Shown: positions 36,957 through 48,469 of the stretch, in pieces
Layout of the letters: each line of letters opens with the position of its first letter
Position numbering within the stretch: the stretch's first letter is position 1
DNA from: an uncultured Thermoanaerobaculia bacterium
GTDB taxonomy: Bacteria > Acidobacteriota > Thermoanaerobaculia > Multivoradales > JAGPDF01
Direction: 5' to 3'
Assembly (NCBI GenBank): GCA_964595975.1
Contig: CAZQTL010000001.1
Span: 3,164 to 67,163, forward strand
Length of the DNA: 64,000 bases
Made by a program: the position numbers and the translations under genes
Notes under the pieces: generated by a model
Seen by the model: the letters and a program-made list of their open reading frames with translations, nothing else
Databases searched by the model: none
Told to the model about the DNA's origin: nothing

Positions 36957-37139
36957 ATCTTCGCCAGGTGGCGCGGTCTCTGCAGTTTCCTACGAGGCCG
37001 GAGGCCGCGACGTTTACAGCGAGAGGCTCCTCTGATCAAGGTCGCGGCGCAGAAAGCTGAACCTCGCGGCGGGGCTCTCTTTCTCCTCGTTGGCAGTGCA
37101 CAGCATGTCCAGGTCGCTACTTCTGTCCCGGCCCGGCTC

Positions 37140-38117
37140 CTACTGGAAGTACATCGAGTAGCCGTAGGTCCATTGATGGGCTAGAAGGTAGCCCCAGAGT
37201 GCGCAGCCGCCGACGTACATCATCACTCCGATCGCTGCCAGGAGGACGCCCGATATCCAGCTGCGACGGAGCAACCGCCAGACGCTCCCGGCCAACGCCA
37301 GTGCCAGCAAGACACCCAGGGTCCACGTGATCACCAGCAAGGACTTTTCGACCTCGCGTTCCGGATGGAACTCGGCGAGCGAGGCCAGGAGCAAGGCTGC
37401 CTTCCAGGCGGCGAAGACCGCGGTCGACAGGACAACAAGGCGGAGAAGGGCGGGCTTCACTCCTTCGCGGCGGATCTGCAGGGCTGTGAGGGCGAGAACG
37501 AGACCCAGGACGAGCCACCTCGAGAAACGGAGGTACGGATCCACTTCACTCCTGGGTCGGTTCCCCAGGGTCTCGAAGGGTGAGGCCAGCCGATAGACCA
37601 CGAGCCCGCTCTTGACGAAACGCAGGACCCGGTGGACGCGGGACTCGGCAATCCCTTTCTCCGCCGAAGGATACGAATGCGCCGGAGTGCCCAACAGCTC
37701 TCGGTCCGCTGACGAGACGCCGTCCCAGGGTTGAGTGGGGGTGCAGTACCAATCGACCAAATAGTGTCCAGCGTCGGTCCGGTGGGCGAAAACCAGGTAG
37801 GACTCGCCCGTGCGCAGGCCCGGACTGCAGAGGCCTGCGTAGACGTCGACGGTTCTCTGTTCCAGCCCGAGTCCGGTCCACATTTGTTCAACGTGAATGC
37901 GATTACGAGTGATCAGATCAAAGTAGTCGCCGGGCTCGATACCGGGGCTCGGCCAGACAGATGTGACCGTGCCCTGAATCAAGACATCTGCGGTCGGCCG
38001 CGCTTCGCTGATGGACTTGATCTCGCCGCAGGTACATGCATCTGCTTCACTCGCGATGGTGGCGCACGCGATCGCGATCAGTCCGACGCAGGCGTGCAGG
38101 CAGATGCTCTGCCGCAT
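37140..38117 (-). CDS. TIMP/NTR-like N-terminal domain fused to a multi-TM C-terminal domain (hypothetical)
   Basis: Start set at MRQSICLHACVGLIAIACATIASEADA (38117). The predicted mature N-terminus is C-T-C-G, followed by ...ADVLIQGTVTSV. The C-terminal half has about 5 hydrophobic spans. Confidence 0.5.
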   Translation of the reverse strand: MRQSICLHACVGLIAIACATIASEADACTCGEIKSISEARPTADVLIQGTVTSVWPSPGIEPGDYFDLITRNRIHVEQMWTGLGLEQRTVDVYAGLCSPGLRTGESYLVFAHRTDAGHYLVDWYCTPTQPWDGVSSADRELLGTPAHSYPSAEKGIAESRVHRVLRFVKSGLVVYRLASPFETLGNRPRSEVDPYLRFSRWLVLGLVLALTALQIRREGVKPALLRLVVLSTAVFAAWKAALLLASLAEFHPEREVEKSLLVITWTLGVLLALALAGSVWRLLRRSWISGVLLAAIGVMMYVGGCALWGYLLAHQWTYGYSMYFQ

Positions 38118-38207
38118 TGTTGTCCGCCGTCTGAACTGATCCCTCCTGTCCTTGAACATTGGATCTCGCGGGCGGGAGAGAGGCGTTTCGACGAAGTCCA
38201 CACACTC

Positions 38208-38972
38208 CTACAAATACAGCCGCTTCGGGTCGAGGTCGTGACGGAGGAGCTGAAGCTCTTCGGCGGTGGGCGGGGGGGTGGTGGAGAGGTCGGGGGCGAC
38301 CTGAGGCTCCCAGCCGAGGTTCTCGCGCACGCGGTCGAGGGTGACGCCGGGGTGGAGGCTCGTGACGCGCATCTCGCCGCCGGCGAAGTCGTAGACCGCG
38401 AGGTCGGTGATGACGCGCTGCGGGCCGGCGCCGCGCATGCCGAGCCGCTCGCGCTCGCCGGGTACCGACAGGTGTCCGGGGCTGGTCACGAAGTCGATCT
38501 TCGCCGGGAAGCTCTTCCTCGATTGCGCAGCGATGCACAGCACCCGCCGGGCGTTGATGGCGATCTCGCAGGCTCCGCCGCTCCCCGGAAGCCGCACCTT
38601 CGGATGCGCGTAGTCGCCGATCACGGTGGTGTTGAGGTTGCCCCGGCGGTCGATCTGCGCCCCCTGCAGGAAGCCGACGTCGATCTTGCCGCCCTGGAGG
38701 TAGTTGTAGAAGATCTCCGACATCGAGGCCACGGCGATCGAGTTGGTCACCAGCGCCGGGTCGCCGATCGACACCGGGATGCGCTCGGGGACGGCTCCTA
38801 CCGCGCCCGACTCATAGATCAGGACGAGATTCGGCGCGTGCAAGCGGCGCGCGAGATTGCAGGCGAGATTCGGCAGGCCGATGCCGACGAAGACCACCTC
38901 GCCGTCCCGGAGCTCGCGCGCCGCAGCCGAGACCATCAGCTCCGAAGGCGTGTAGCCGGGGTCAGTAGCCAT
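38208..38972 (-). CDS. CoA-transferase subunit B (family I, 3-oxoacid/glutaconate CoA-transferase type)
   Basis: 254 aa. Motifs VFVGIGLP...ESG and LPGSGGA are present. It overlaps the subunit A gene by 11 nt. Confidence 0.8.
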   Translation of the reverse strand: MATDPGYTPSELMVSAAARELRDGEVVFVGIGLPNLACNLARRLHAPNLVLIYESGAVGAVPERIPVSIGDPALVTNSIAVASMSEIFYNYLQGGKIDVGFLQGAQIDRRGNLNTTVIGDYAHPKVRLPGSGGACEIAINARRVLCIAAQSRKSFPAKIDFVTSPGHLSVPGERERLGMRGAGPQRVITDLAVYDFAGGEMRVTSLHPGVTLDRVRENLGWEPQVAPDLSTTPPPTAEELQLLRHDLDPKRLYL

Positions 38973-39897
38973 AGTTCACCGGCGCCGAGAACTGCTCCCG
39001 CGCCCGCAGGCGGGTGAGGCGCTCGCCCATCTTGCGCACGTACGCCGCGCGATCGGGCAACCCGTAAACCCACTCGTCGAGCCAGGCGTCGAGTTTCGCC
39101 GCCTCCTGCGAGATCTCCCGCCAGGCGACGTAGGAGTCGTTGTCGCGGTCGTAGAAACCCTGCGCGAACGACGGGTGGCAGCCCCAGGGCTCGTGCACGA
39201 CCGCCGAGACGATGAAACCCGGGAGGAGCGTGCGGTTGGGGTCGGCGCGGACGACCGCCTCGTCGACGATCTCCTCGGCGACGACGATCACCTTGGCGGC
39301 GGCGAAGGCGGCCTCCTTCTGCACCCCGAGGAGACCCCAGACCTGGCAGTTGCCGGCCGCGTCGGCGCGCTGCACGTGGATGATCGCCACGTCCGGATTC
39401 AGCGCCGGCACGGTCGCCAGGCGCTCCCCGGTGTAGGGGCATTCCACCTCGCGGATGCGCTCGTTGACCCGTGGCAGATCGCTGCCGCTGAAGGTGCGGA
39501 GCGGCAGGAAGGGGAGCCGCGCGGCGCCCGCCTGGAAGCGCGCCACCATGCCGAAGTGCGAATACTCCTCGAGCTCGAGCGGGTGGGGGATCCCCAGTTC
39601 GACCGCCCGGCGCAGCGCGTAGAGCGGTCCGGCGCCGGGATTGCCGGCCCACGAGAAGACCAGCTTCCGCGCGCAGCCGGCGGCGATCATCTGTTCGTAG
39701 ATCAGATCGGGCGTCAGCCGGCAGAGCGTGAGGTCCCGCTTTCGCTGGCGGATGATCTCGTGCCCCGCGGCGAACGAGATCAGGTGGGTAAAGCCCTCGA
39801 TCACCACGACCGCGCCGTCGTCCACGAAGCGGCGCACCGCTTCGGACATCGACATCAGCTTCGACGCGCCCACGGCGGCAGGATCGGAGAGGCTCAA
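38962..39897 (-). CDS. CoA-transferase subunit A
   Basis: 311 aa. It has a family I alpha-subunit-like N-terminus ([24 protein letters not shown]) and is paired with subunit B. Confidence 0.8.
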   Translation of the reverse strand: MSLSDPAAVGASKLMSMSEAVRRFVDDGAVVVIEGFTHLISFAAGHEIIRQRKRDLTLCRLTPDLIYEQMIAAGCARKLVFSWAGNPGAGPLYALRRAVELGIPHPLELEEYSHFGMVARFQAGAARLPFLPLRTFSGSDLPRVNERIREVECPYTGERLATVPALNPDVAIIHVQRADAAGNCQVWGLLGVQKEAAFAAAKVIVVAEEIVDEAVVRADPNRTLLPGFIVSAVVHEPWGCHPSFAQGFYDRDNDSYVAWREISQEAAKLDAWLDEWVYGLPDRAAYVRKMGERLTRLRAREQFSAPVNYGY

Positions 39898-40072
39898 GAA
39901 AAGCTCCAGTAAAGGAAGGCCATCGAATCGACGTCGAGTCTACCAGCCGATCCCGGGGGCGAAGCGACCACAGTTTCGAGTCGTCGCGCCCCGCGCCGGA
40001 GGCGCAACGGCCTGGGTTGCGCGCTGGCGCGCGCCTTGCCGTGGGCGGGGGCCTGTGCGAGTCTTCGCGGTC

Positions 40073-41824
40073 ATGAGCCACGGCGGAGATCGCATCGCGG
40101 AGGTCCTGCAGCGGCAGGGAGTGCAGACGCTGTTCACGCTCTGCGGGGGACACATCTCGCCGATCCTCGTCGGCGCGAAGGCGCTCGGCATCCGCATCGT
40201 CGACACGCGGCACGAGGCCGACGCAGTCTTTGCCGCCGACGCCACGGCGCGCCTGACCGGCATCCCGGGAGTCGCCGCGGTCACCGCCGGACCCGGTCTC
40301 ACCAACACCATCACGGCGGTCAAGAACGCCCAGATGGCGCAGTCGCCGGTGGTCATCCTGGGCGGCGCCACGGCGACCGTCCTCAAGGGGCGCGGATCGC
40401 TGCAGGACATCGACCAGCAGGCGCTGATGGCGCGGCACGTGAAGTGGATGGGGAGCGCCCGTCGGGTACGCGAGCTCGCGCCGCTGCTGGAGAGCGCCTT
40501 CGCGGTCGCCCGCGACGGGGTGCCGGGTCCGGTCTTTCTCGAGTGCCCGGTCGACCTGCTCTACCCCGAGAGCACGGCGCGCGAGTGGTACGGCGTGCTG
40601 CCGAAGCCGGGAGAGAAGCCGCCGGCGCTCGCCAAGCGCCTGGAGCGCTGGTATCTCACCCGCCACCTCGACCGCGTCTTCCACCGGGCCGGGGAGGCCT
40701 GCCTTCAGGCACCCCTGCCGGCGCCGCCATCGCCTTCCGGCGGCTCGCTGCGGCGCGCTGCGCGGGCGCTCTCCCGAGCCGACCGGCCGCTGCTCGTCGT
40801 CGGCTCGCAGGCGATGCTGCACGCCCTCTCCGCCGCCGAGCTGCGGCGGGCCATCGAGCTCCTCGGCCTGCCGGTGTATTTGTCGGGCATGGCGCGCGGT
40901 CTCCTCGGCGCCGCGCATCCGCTGCTGCGCCGCCACAAGCGGCGAGAGGCCCTGCGCGAAGCCGACTGTGTCGTGCTCGCCGGTGTCCCGGCCGATTTCC
41001 GGCTGGACTACGGCCGCCACGTCGGCCGCCGGGCGACCCTGATCGCGGCCAACCGCAGCGCCGAGGACCTGGAAAAGAACCGGCGCCCGAAAATCGGCGC
41101 CCTCGCCGACCCGGCGCTCTTCCTCGGCGAGCTGGCGGAGCAGGCCTCCGGACTGCACGCCAGGTGGCGGGAATGGCTCGACCGGCTGGCGCAGCGCGAC
41201 GACGAGCGCGAGCGCGAGATCGCCGGCCAGGCCGAGGCCGCTCCGGATCCGGCAGCGAGCGGGGTCAGCCCCCTGCGTCTGTTGCGGGACCTCGATGCCT
41301 TCCTCGGCGACGACGCGGTGCTGGTCGCCGATGGCGGGGATTTCGTCGGCACGGCCTCCTACATCGTGCGCGCCCGCTCGCCGTTCGCCTGGCTCGACCC
41401 GGGGGTCTTCGGCACCCTCGGCGTCGGCGGCGGTTTCGCGCTCGGCGCCAAGGTCGCGCGGCCCGACGCCGAGGTCTGGATCCTCTACGGCGACGGCTCC
41501 GTCGCCTACAGCCTGATGGAGTTCGACAGTTTCGTGCGCCACCGCATCCCGGTCATCGCCCTGGTCGGCAACGACGCCTCCTGGGCACAGATCGCCCGCG
41601 ACCAGGTCGCCGTGCTCGGAGATGATGTCGGCACCGTCCTCGCCTCGACCGACTACGAGCTCGCGGCGGAGGCGCTCGGCGGCAAGGGGCTGGCGATCGA
41701 CCACGCGGACCAGATCGCCGACGCCTTCGCGCAGGCGCGAGTCTGGGCGCGAGCCGGACATCCGGTGCTGCTCAACGCCCGCCTGACCCGCTCGGAGTTC
41801 CGCAAGGGCTCGATCTCGCTCTGA
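40073..41824 (+). CDS. Thiamine-diphosphate enzyme of the acetolactate synthase-like / 2-hydroxyacyl-CoA lyase (ILVBL/OXC-like) group
   Basis: The ATG at 40073 starts the protein. The Pyr domain reads [54 protein letters not shown]. The C-terminal PP domain carries the TPP motif [14 protein letters not shown]...GNDASW. Confidence 0.75.
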   Translation: MSHGGDRIAEVLQRQGVQTLFTLCGGHISPILVGAKALGIRIVDTRHEADAVFAADATARLTGIPGVAAVTAGPGLTNTITAVKNAQMAQSPVVILGGATATVLKGRGSLQDIDQQALMARHVKWMGSARRVRELAPLLESAFAVARDGVPGPVFLECPVDLLYPESTAREWYGVLPKPGEKPPALAKRLERWYLTRHLDRVFHRAGEACLQAPLPAPPSPSGGSLRRAARALSRADRPLLVVGSQAMLHALSAAELRRAIELLGLPVYLSGMARGLLGAAHPLLRRHKRREALREADCVVLAGVPADFRLDYGRHVGRRATLIAANRSAEDLEKNRRPKIGALADPALFLGELAEQASGLHARWREWLDRLAQRDDEREREIAGQAEAAPDPAASGVSPLRLLRDLDAFLGDDAVLVADGGDFVGTASYIVRARSPFAWLDPGVFGTLGVGGGFALGAKVARPDAEVWILYGDGSVAYSLMEFDSFVRHRIPVIALVGNDASWAQIARDQVAVLGDDVGTVLASTDYELAAEALGGKGLAIDHADQIADAFAQARVWARAGHPVLLNARLTRSEFRKGSISL

Positions 41825-41833
41825 ACGGGGCCC

Positions 41834-42721
41834 TCAGTCGGGGATCGGCGGCGGCGACGGCCCGCGCTGCAGGAGAACCCGGGCGGCAAGGGCCACGATC
41901 ATCAACGCCCCGCCCGCGGAAGCCAGGGCGCTCGGCCGTTCCCCCGCTGACAGCCAGGTCCAGAGCGGGTTGAGCACCGGCTCGAGCAGCACGAGCAGGG
42001 AGACCTCGAGCGCCGGCAGGCGCTGCAATCCGCGCGCGAAGAGCCAGTAGGCCAGACCGATCTGGACGACCCCGAGGTAAAGGATCGCCGCAACGTCGGC
42101 GGACCGGATTGCCGTCACCGGCAGGGCGAGCGGCAGGGTGGCGACGAAGGCGAGGGCGTTGCCGAGCACGGTCGCCGCCAGCGAGCGGTCGTTGCCCGGC
42201 CCGGCATCGCGGGACAGGCGGCGCATCGTGACCATCATCAGGGCGTAGAACAGGCCCGACGCGAGGGCGAAGAGATTGCCCAGCTCCGGCCGCGGCGCCG
42301 TCGCGGCGGCATCGCGCGGCCCGAGGAAGACCAGGGCGAGGCCCACTGCGGCGAGCCCCACGGCGGGCAGATCGGCGAGCCGGATCGGCTCCTTGAGCAG
42401 CAGCGGTGCGAGCAGGAGGATCCAGATCGGCGCCGTCGACTGGAGGAAGATCGCCGCCGCCGAAGTGGTGAGCTTGGTAGCGAGCACGAAACAGACGAGG
42501 GTCCCGGCATAGGCGACCGCCGCCGGCAGGAGGTCCAAGCCGAAGCCGCGCCGGGCCGCCGGCAACAGGAGCACGAGGGCCAGCGCCGCCACCGCCGAAC
42601 GGAAACCGGCGACCTGGAAGGCCGTGAGCGCGGTCCCCTTGATCGCCGCGCCGCCGGTGGAGAAGAGCGCGGCGGCGGCGATCACCGACCAGCGGCTGCG
42701 GCCCAGCGAGAGTTCCGCCAT
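41834..42721 (-). CDS. DMT superfamily (EamA-type) transporter
   Basis: Start set at MAELSLGRSRW (42721). The protein has 10 TM segments in two EamA-like halves. Confidence 0.7.
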   Translation of the reverse strand: MAELSLGRSRWSVIAAAALFSTGGAAIKGTALTAFQVAGFRSAVAALALVLLLPAARRGFGLDLLPAAVAYAGTLVCFVLATKLTTSAAAIFLQSTAPIWILLLAPLLLKEPIRLADLPAVGLAAVGLALVFLGPRDAAATAPRPELGNLFALASGLFYALMMVTMRRLSRDAGPGNDRSLAATVLGNALAFVATLPLALPVTAIRSADVAAILYLGVVQIGLAYWLFARGLQRLPALEVSLLVLLEPVLNPLWTWLSAGERPSALASAGGALMIVALAARVLLQRGPSPPPIPD

Positions 42722-42755
42722 CTCCGCAATGCTATCTTCGCCGCACCCCGATCCC

Positions 42756-43505
42756 ATGTTTCCGCTGCGAGATGGCATTCCCAGCCGCCGCTTTCCGGCC
42801 GTCACCCTCGCGCTCATCGCTGTCAACGTCCTTCTCTTCCTCTATCAGCTGACGCTGCCGGAGGAGAGCCTGACGCAGCTCTTCTATCTCTTCGGAATCG
42901 TGCCGGCGCGGCTCAGCGATCCGGGCTGGGCGGCGAGCGTGGGCTATGCCGGCAGCGGCTGGTTCTCGTTCCTTTCGAGCATGTTCCTGCACGGCGGCTT
43001 CCTGCATCTCGCCTTCAACATGTGGACGCTGTGGATCTTCGGCGACAACGTGGAGGACCGGCTGGGGCGCGGGCGCTTCCTGCTCTTCTATCTCGCCGGC
43101 GGACTTGCCGCCGGCGGTGTGCAGTGGGCGATCGACCCGGCTTCGACGGTGCCGACGATCGGCGCCTCCGGCGCCATCGCCGCGGTGCTCGGAGCCTACC
43201 TCGTGCTGTATCCGCACTCGCGGATCCTCACTCTGATCCCGATCGTCTTCTACCCGCTCTTCGTGCACATCCCGGCGCTGGTCTATCTCGGGATCTGGTT
43301 CCTGCTGCAGCTCACGAGCGGCCTCTCGGCCTTCGGTCCGGCGGCGGGCGAGGCCGGCGGAGTCGCCTGGTGGGCGCACGTCGGCGGCTTCGTCGCCGGC
43401 ATCGTGCTGGTCTGGGTCCTGACGCCCCCGGAGGCGGAGCAGCTCCCCGGTCCGGCGCGGCATTTCATCTATCCGGTGCCGCCGCCGCGCGGCCGGTGGA
43501 GCTGA
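42756..43505 (+). CDS. Rhomboid family intramembrane serine protease
   Basis: Start at MFPLRDGIP (42756). Motifs HLAFNM, GASGAIAAVLGAY (GxSG) and WAHVGGF (catalytic His helix) are present. Confidence 0.85.
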   Translation: MFPLRDGIPSRRFPAVTLALIAVNVLLFLYQLTLPEESLTQLFYLFGIVPARLSDPGWAASVGYAGSGWFSFLSSMFLHGGFLHLAFNMWTLWIFGDNVEDRLGRGRFLLFYLAGGLAAGGVQWAIDPASTVPTIGASGAIAAVLGAYLVLYPHSRILTLIPIVFYPLFVHIPALVYLGIWFLLQLTSGLSAFGPAAGEAGGVAWWAHVGGFVAGIVLVWVLTPPEAEQLPGPARHFIYPVPPPRGRWS

Positions 43506-43527
43506 GCGCTGCCGGGCCTTGCCGCGC

Positions 43528-44687
<1,160 letters not shown>

Positions 44688-44691
<4 letters not shown>

Positions 44692-45650
44692 GAATGCGCT
44701 CCGGAGAGAATTTCGAGATAGACCTGCGGATCGACGTTGCCGCCCGAGACCACGCAGCAGACGCGACGGTCGCGGAAACGCTCGGGCGCCGTCAGCACGG
44801 CGCCGGTGGTGAGGGCGCCGGTCGGCTCCGCCTTGACGTTGGCGAGAGCCGAGAGGAGGCGGACGGCTTCGCGGATCTCCTCCTCGCCGACCTCGACGAT
44901 GCCGGCGAGGCCGTCCTTGAGGATTGCCCAGTTGTGGATTCCGAGGGACAGGGTACGGGCGCCGTCGGCGATCGTCGCCCCCTCCCGCTCGGCCTTGACG
45001 ATGTGGCCGGCGCGCAGCGACTGCGCGCCGTCGTTGGCGAGCAGCGGCTCGGCTCCCCAGACCGCGGCGGACGAACCGGCTTCGCGCAGACCCTGCACCA
45101 TGCCGGCGGTCAGTCCGCCGCCGCCGAGCGGCACCACGACATCGTCGAACGGCCGGCCGGCGCGGGCCAGCGCGGCCAACTCATGTCCGAGGCTGGCGTT
45201 GCCGGCGATCACCAGCGGATCGTCGAAAGCGCTGCCGAGATAGGCGTCGGGGTGAGCGGCGAAGACCTCCGCGACCTTGGCGGCACGGGTTTCCTTGCGG
45301 GTGTCGACGAAGACCACCTCACCGCCGAAGCTCCGCACGGCGTCGACCTTGACCTGGGCGGAAGTCGCCGGCATGACGATGATCGCCCGCTTGCCCGCGA
45401 GCTGCGCGGCGCGCGCCAGCGCCTGGCCGAAGTTGCCGGACGAGGCGGCGATGAGCACCTCGTTCGGCACGTTCGCCGCGACGTTGGCGGCGGCGCGGAA
45501 CTTGAAGCTCCCGGTCTGCTGGAAGGTCTCGACGGCGAGGAAGAGGTCGACCCCGAGCCGCGCCGCGAGGCGCGGCGCCTCGACGATCGTCGTCGGCCGG
45601 GGCGTGAGGGCCGGGTTCCGGGCGCTCGCGGCGGCGGTGTCAGGGGCCAT
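44688..45650 (-). CDS. PLP-dependent serine/threonine dehydratase family protein
   Basis: Start at MAPDTAAA (45650). The PLP-lysine motif [11 protein letters not shown] and the glycine loop PLGGGGL are present. Its stop overlaps the cax start (ATGA). Confidence 0.75.
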
Positions 45651-45921
45651 GGCCGGGCATTCTATCGGGCGGGAAGAAAAAGAAATGCCTGTTCCATGTG
45701 GGTCCGGCCGGCGCGCTCGACGCGCGCTGCGCGAAAGGCTGCTGGTAAAGGGGGTGGTCGCGCTGCCGCTGTGGCGAGCCCGGGCTGTCTGGGGCGCGCG
45801 GACTCTGCAGGCTCGCGGATGCTGCGGGGGTGGCGCCTGCGGTACGATCTCGAGGCGGGCGGCACGGCCTGCCCGAATCCGATCCCCTGCTTCCGGCTGA
45901 GTCCGACCTGGAGACCTTGCC

Positions 45922-48006
<2,085 letters not shown>

Positions 48007-48033
48007 GGGGCATCCTCGCAGGCCGGGGGCGGA

Positions 48034-48176
48034 GCCTCGGAAGGGCTCGCCTCCGGCCGCGCTCATGGGCTAGCGACCGGTCGAGGTCGCTGGCGCATCT
48101 GGGGCTTCGACCCCTGCCTGCGGTCGGCGCTGCGGCGCAGCCCGGTCGCGCGACCTCCGGCAAGCCCTTCCGAGGC
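48034..48176. repeat. Long nested palindrome 1 (intergenic)
   Basis: A perfect 14-bp outer stem pairs GCCTCGGAAGGGCT (48034-48047) with AGCCCTTCCGAGGC (48163-48176). It encloses the motif GCTCATGGGCTAGCG-25 nt-GGGGCTTCGACCCC (48061-48114). Confidence 0.6.
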
Positions 48177-48241
48177 TGCGCCCCCGTCCCACCCAAGGTG
48201 AAAAGAAATTCGGGTTCCGTCCGCCAAGAGCGGTGGAGGAG

Positions 48242-48390
48242 GGGGAGGGGTCCAGCGGAAATCCGGGCGGGGCGCCCGGGCTGAGCTGTGGCAGCGACCT
48301 CCACGGGGGGTCGAAGCCCCGCCGGCTCCAACGACCGCGAGAAGACGCTAGCCCATGAGCCCGGCCCGGATTTCCGCTGGGCCCCTCCCC
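48242..48390. repeat. Long nested palindrome 2 (intergenic)
   Basis: A 27-bp outer stem with one mismatch pairs GGGGAGGGGTCCAGCGGAAATCCGGGC (48242-48268) with GCCCGGATTTCCGCTGGGCCCCTCCCC (48364-48390). It encloses the reverse complement of the palindrome-1 inner motif: GGGGTCGAAGCCCC at 48307-48320 and CGCTAGCCCATGAGC at 48346-48360, with the same 25-nt spacing. Confidence 0.6.
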
Positions 48391-48410
48391 CGACCGAGCG
48401 GCCAGACACG

Positions 48411-48444
48411 AAAAGGGGACACCCGCCGACCAGCAGGTGTCCCC
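48411..48444 (-). terminator. Rho-independent terminator of the S1 protease gene
   Basis: On the minus strand the sequence reads GGGGACACC-tgctggtcggcg-GGTGTCCCC followed by TTTT. It lies 26 nt downstream of the stop codon at 48470. Confidence 0.65.
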
Positions 48445-48469
48445 AGGGAAAGCTACCGAAGACCGGCGA

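Noticed and set aside
34740-38205. A mobile element (IS, integrase or transposon) responsible for the low-GC islet and the TA insertion.
   Set aside because: I could recognise no transposase, integrase or recombinase ORF, no flanking tRNA, and no terminal inverted repeats. The only flanking repeat is the diverged gene-end duplication, which is reported as a finding.
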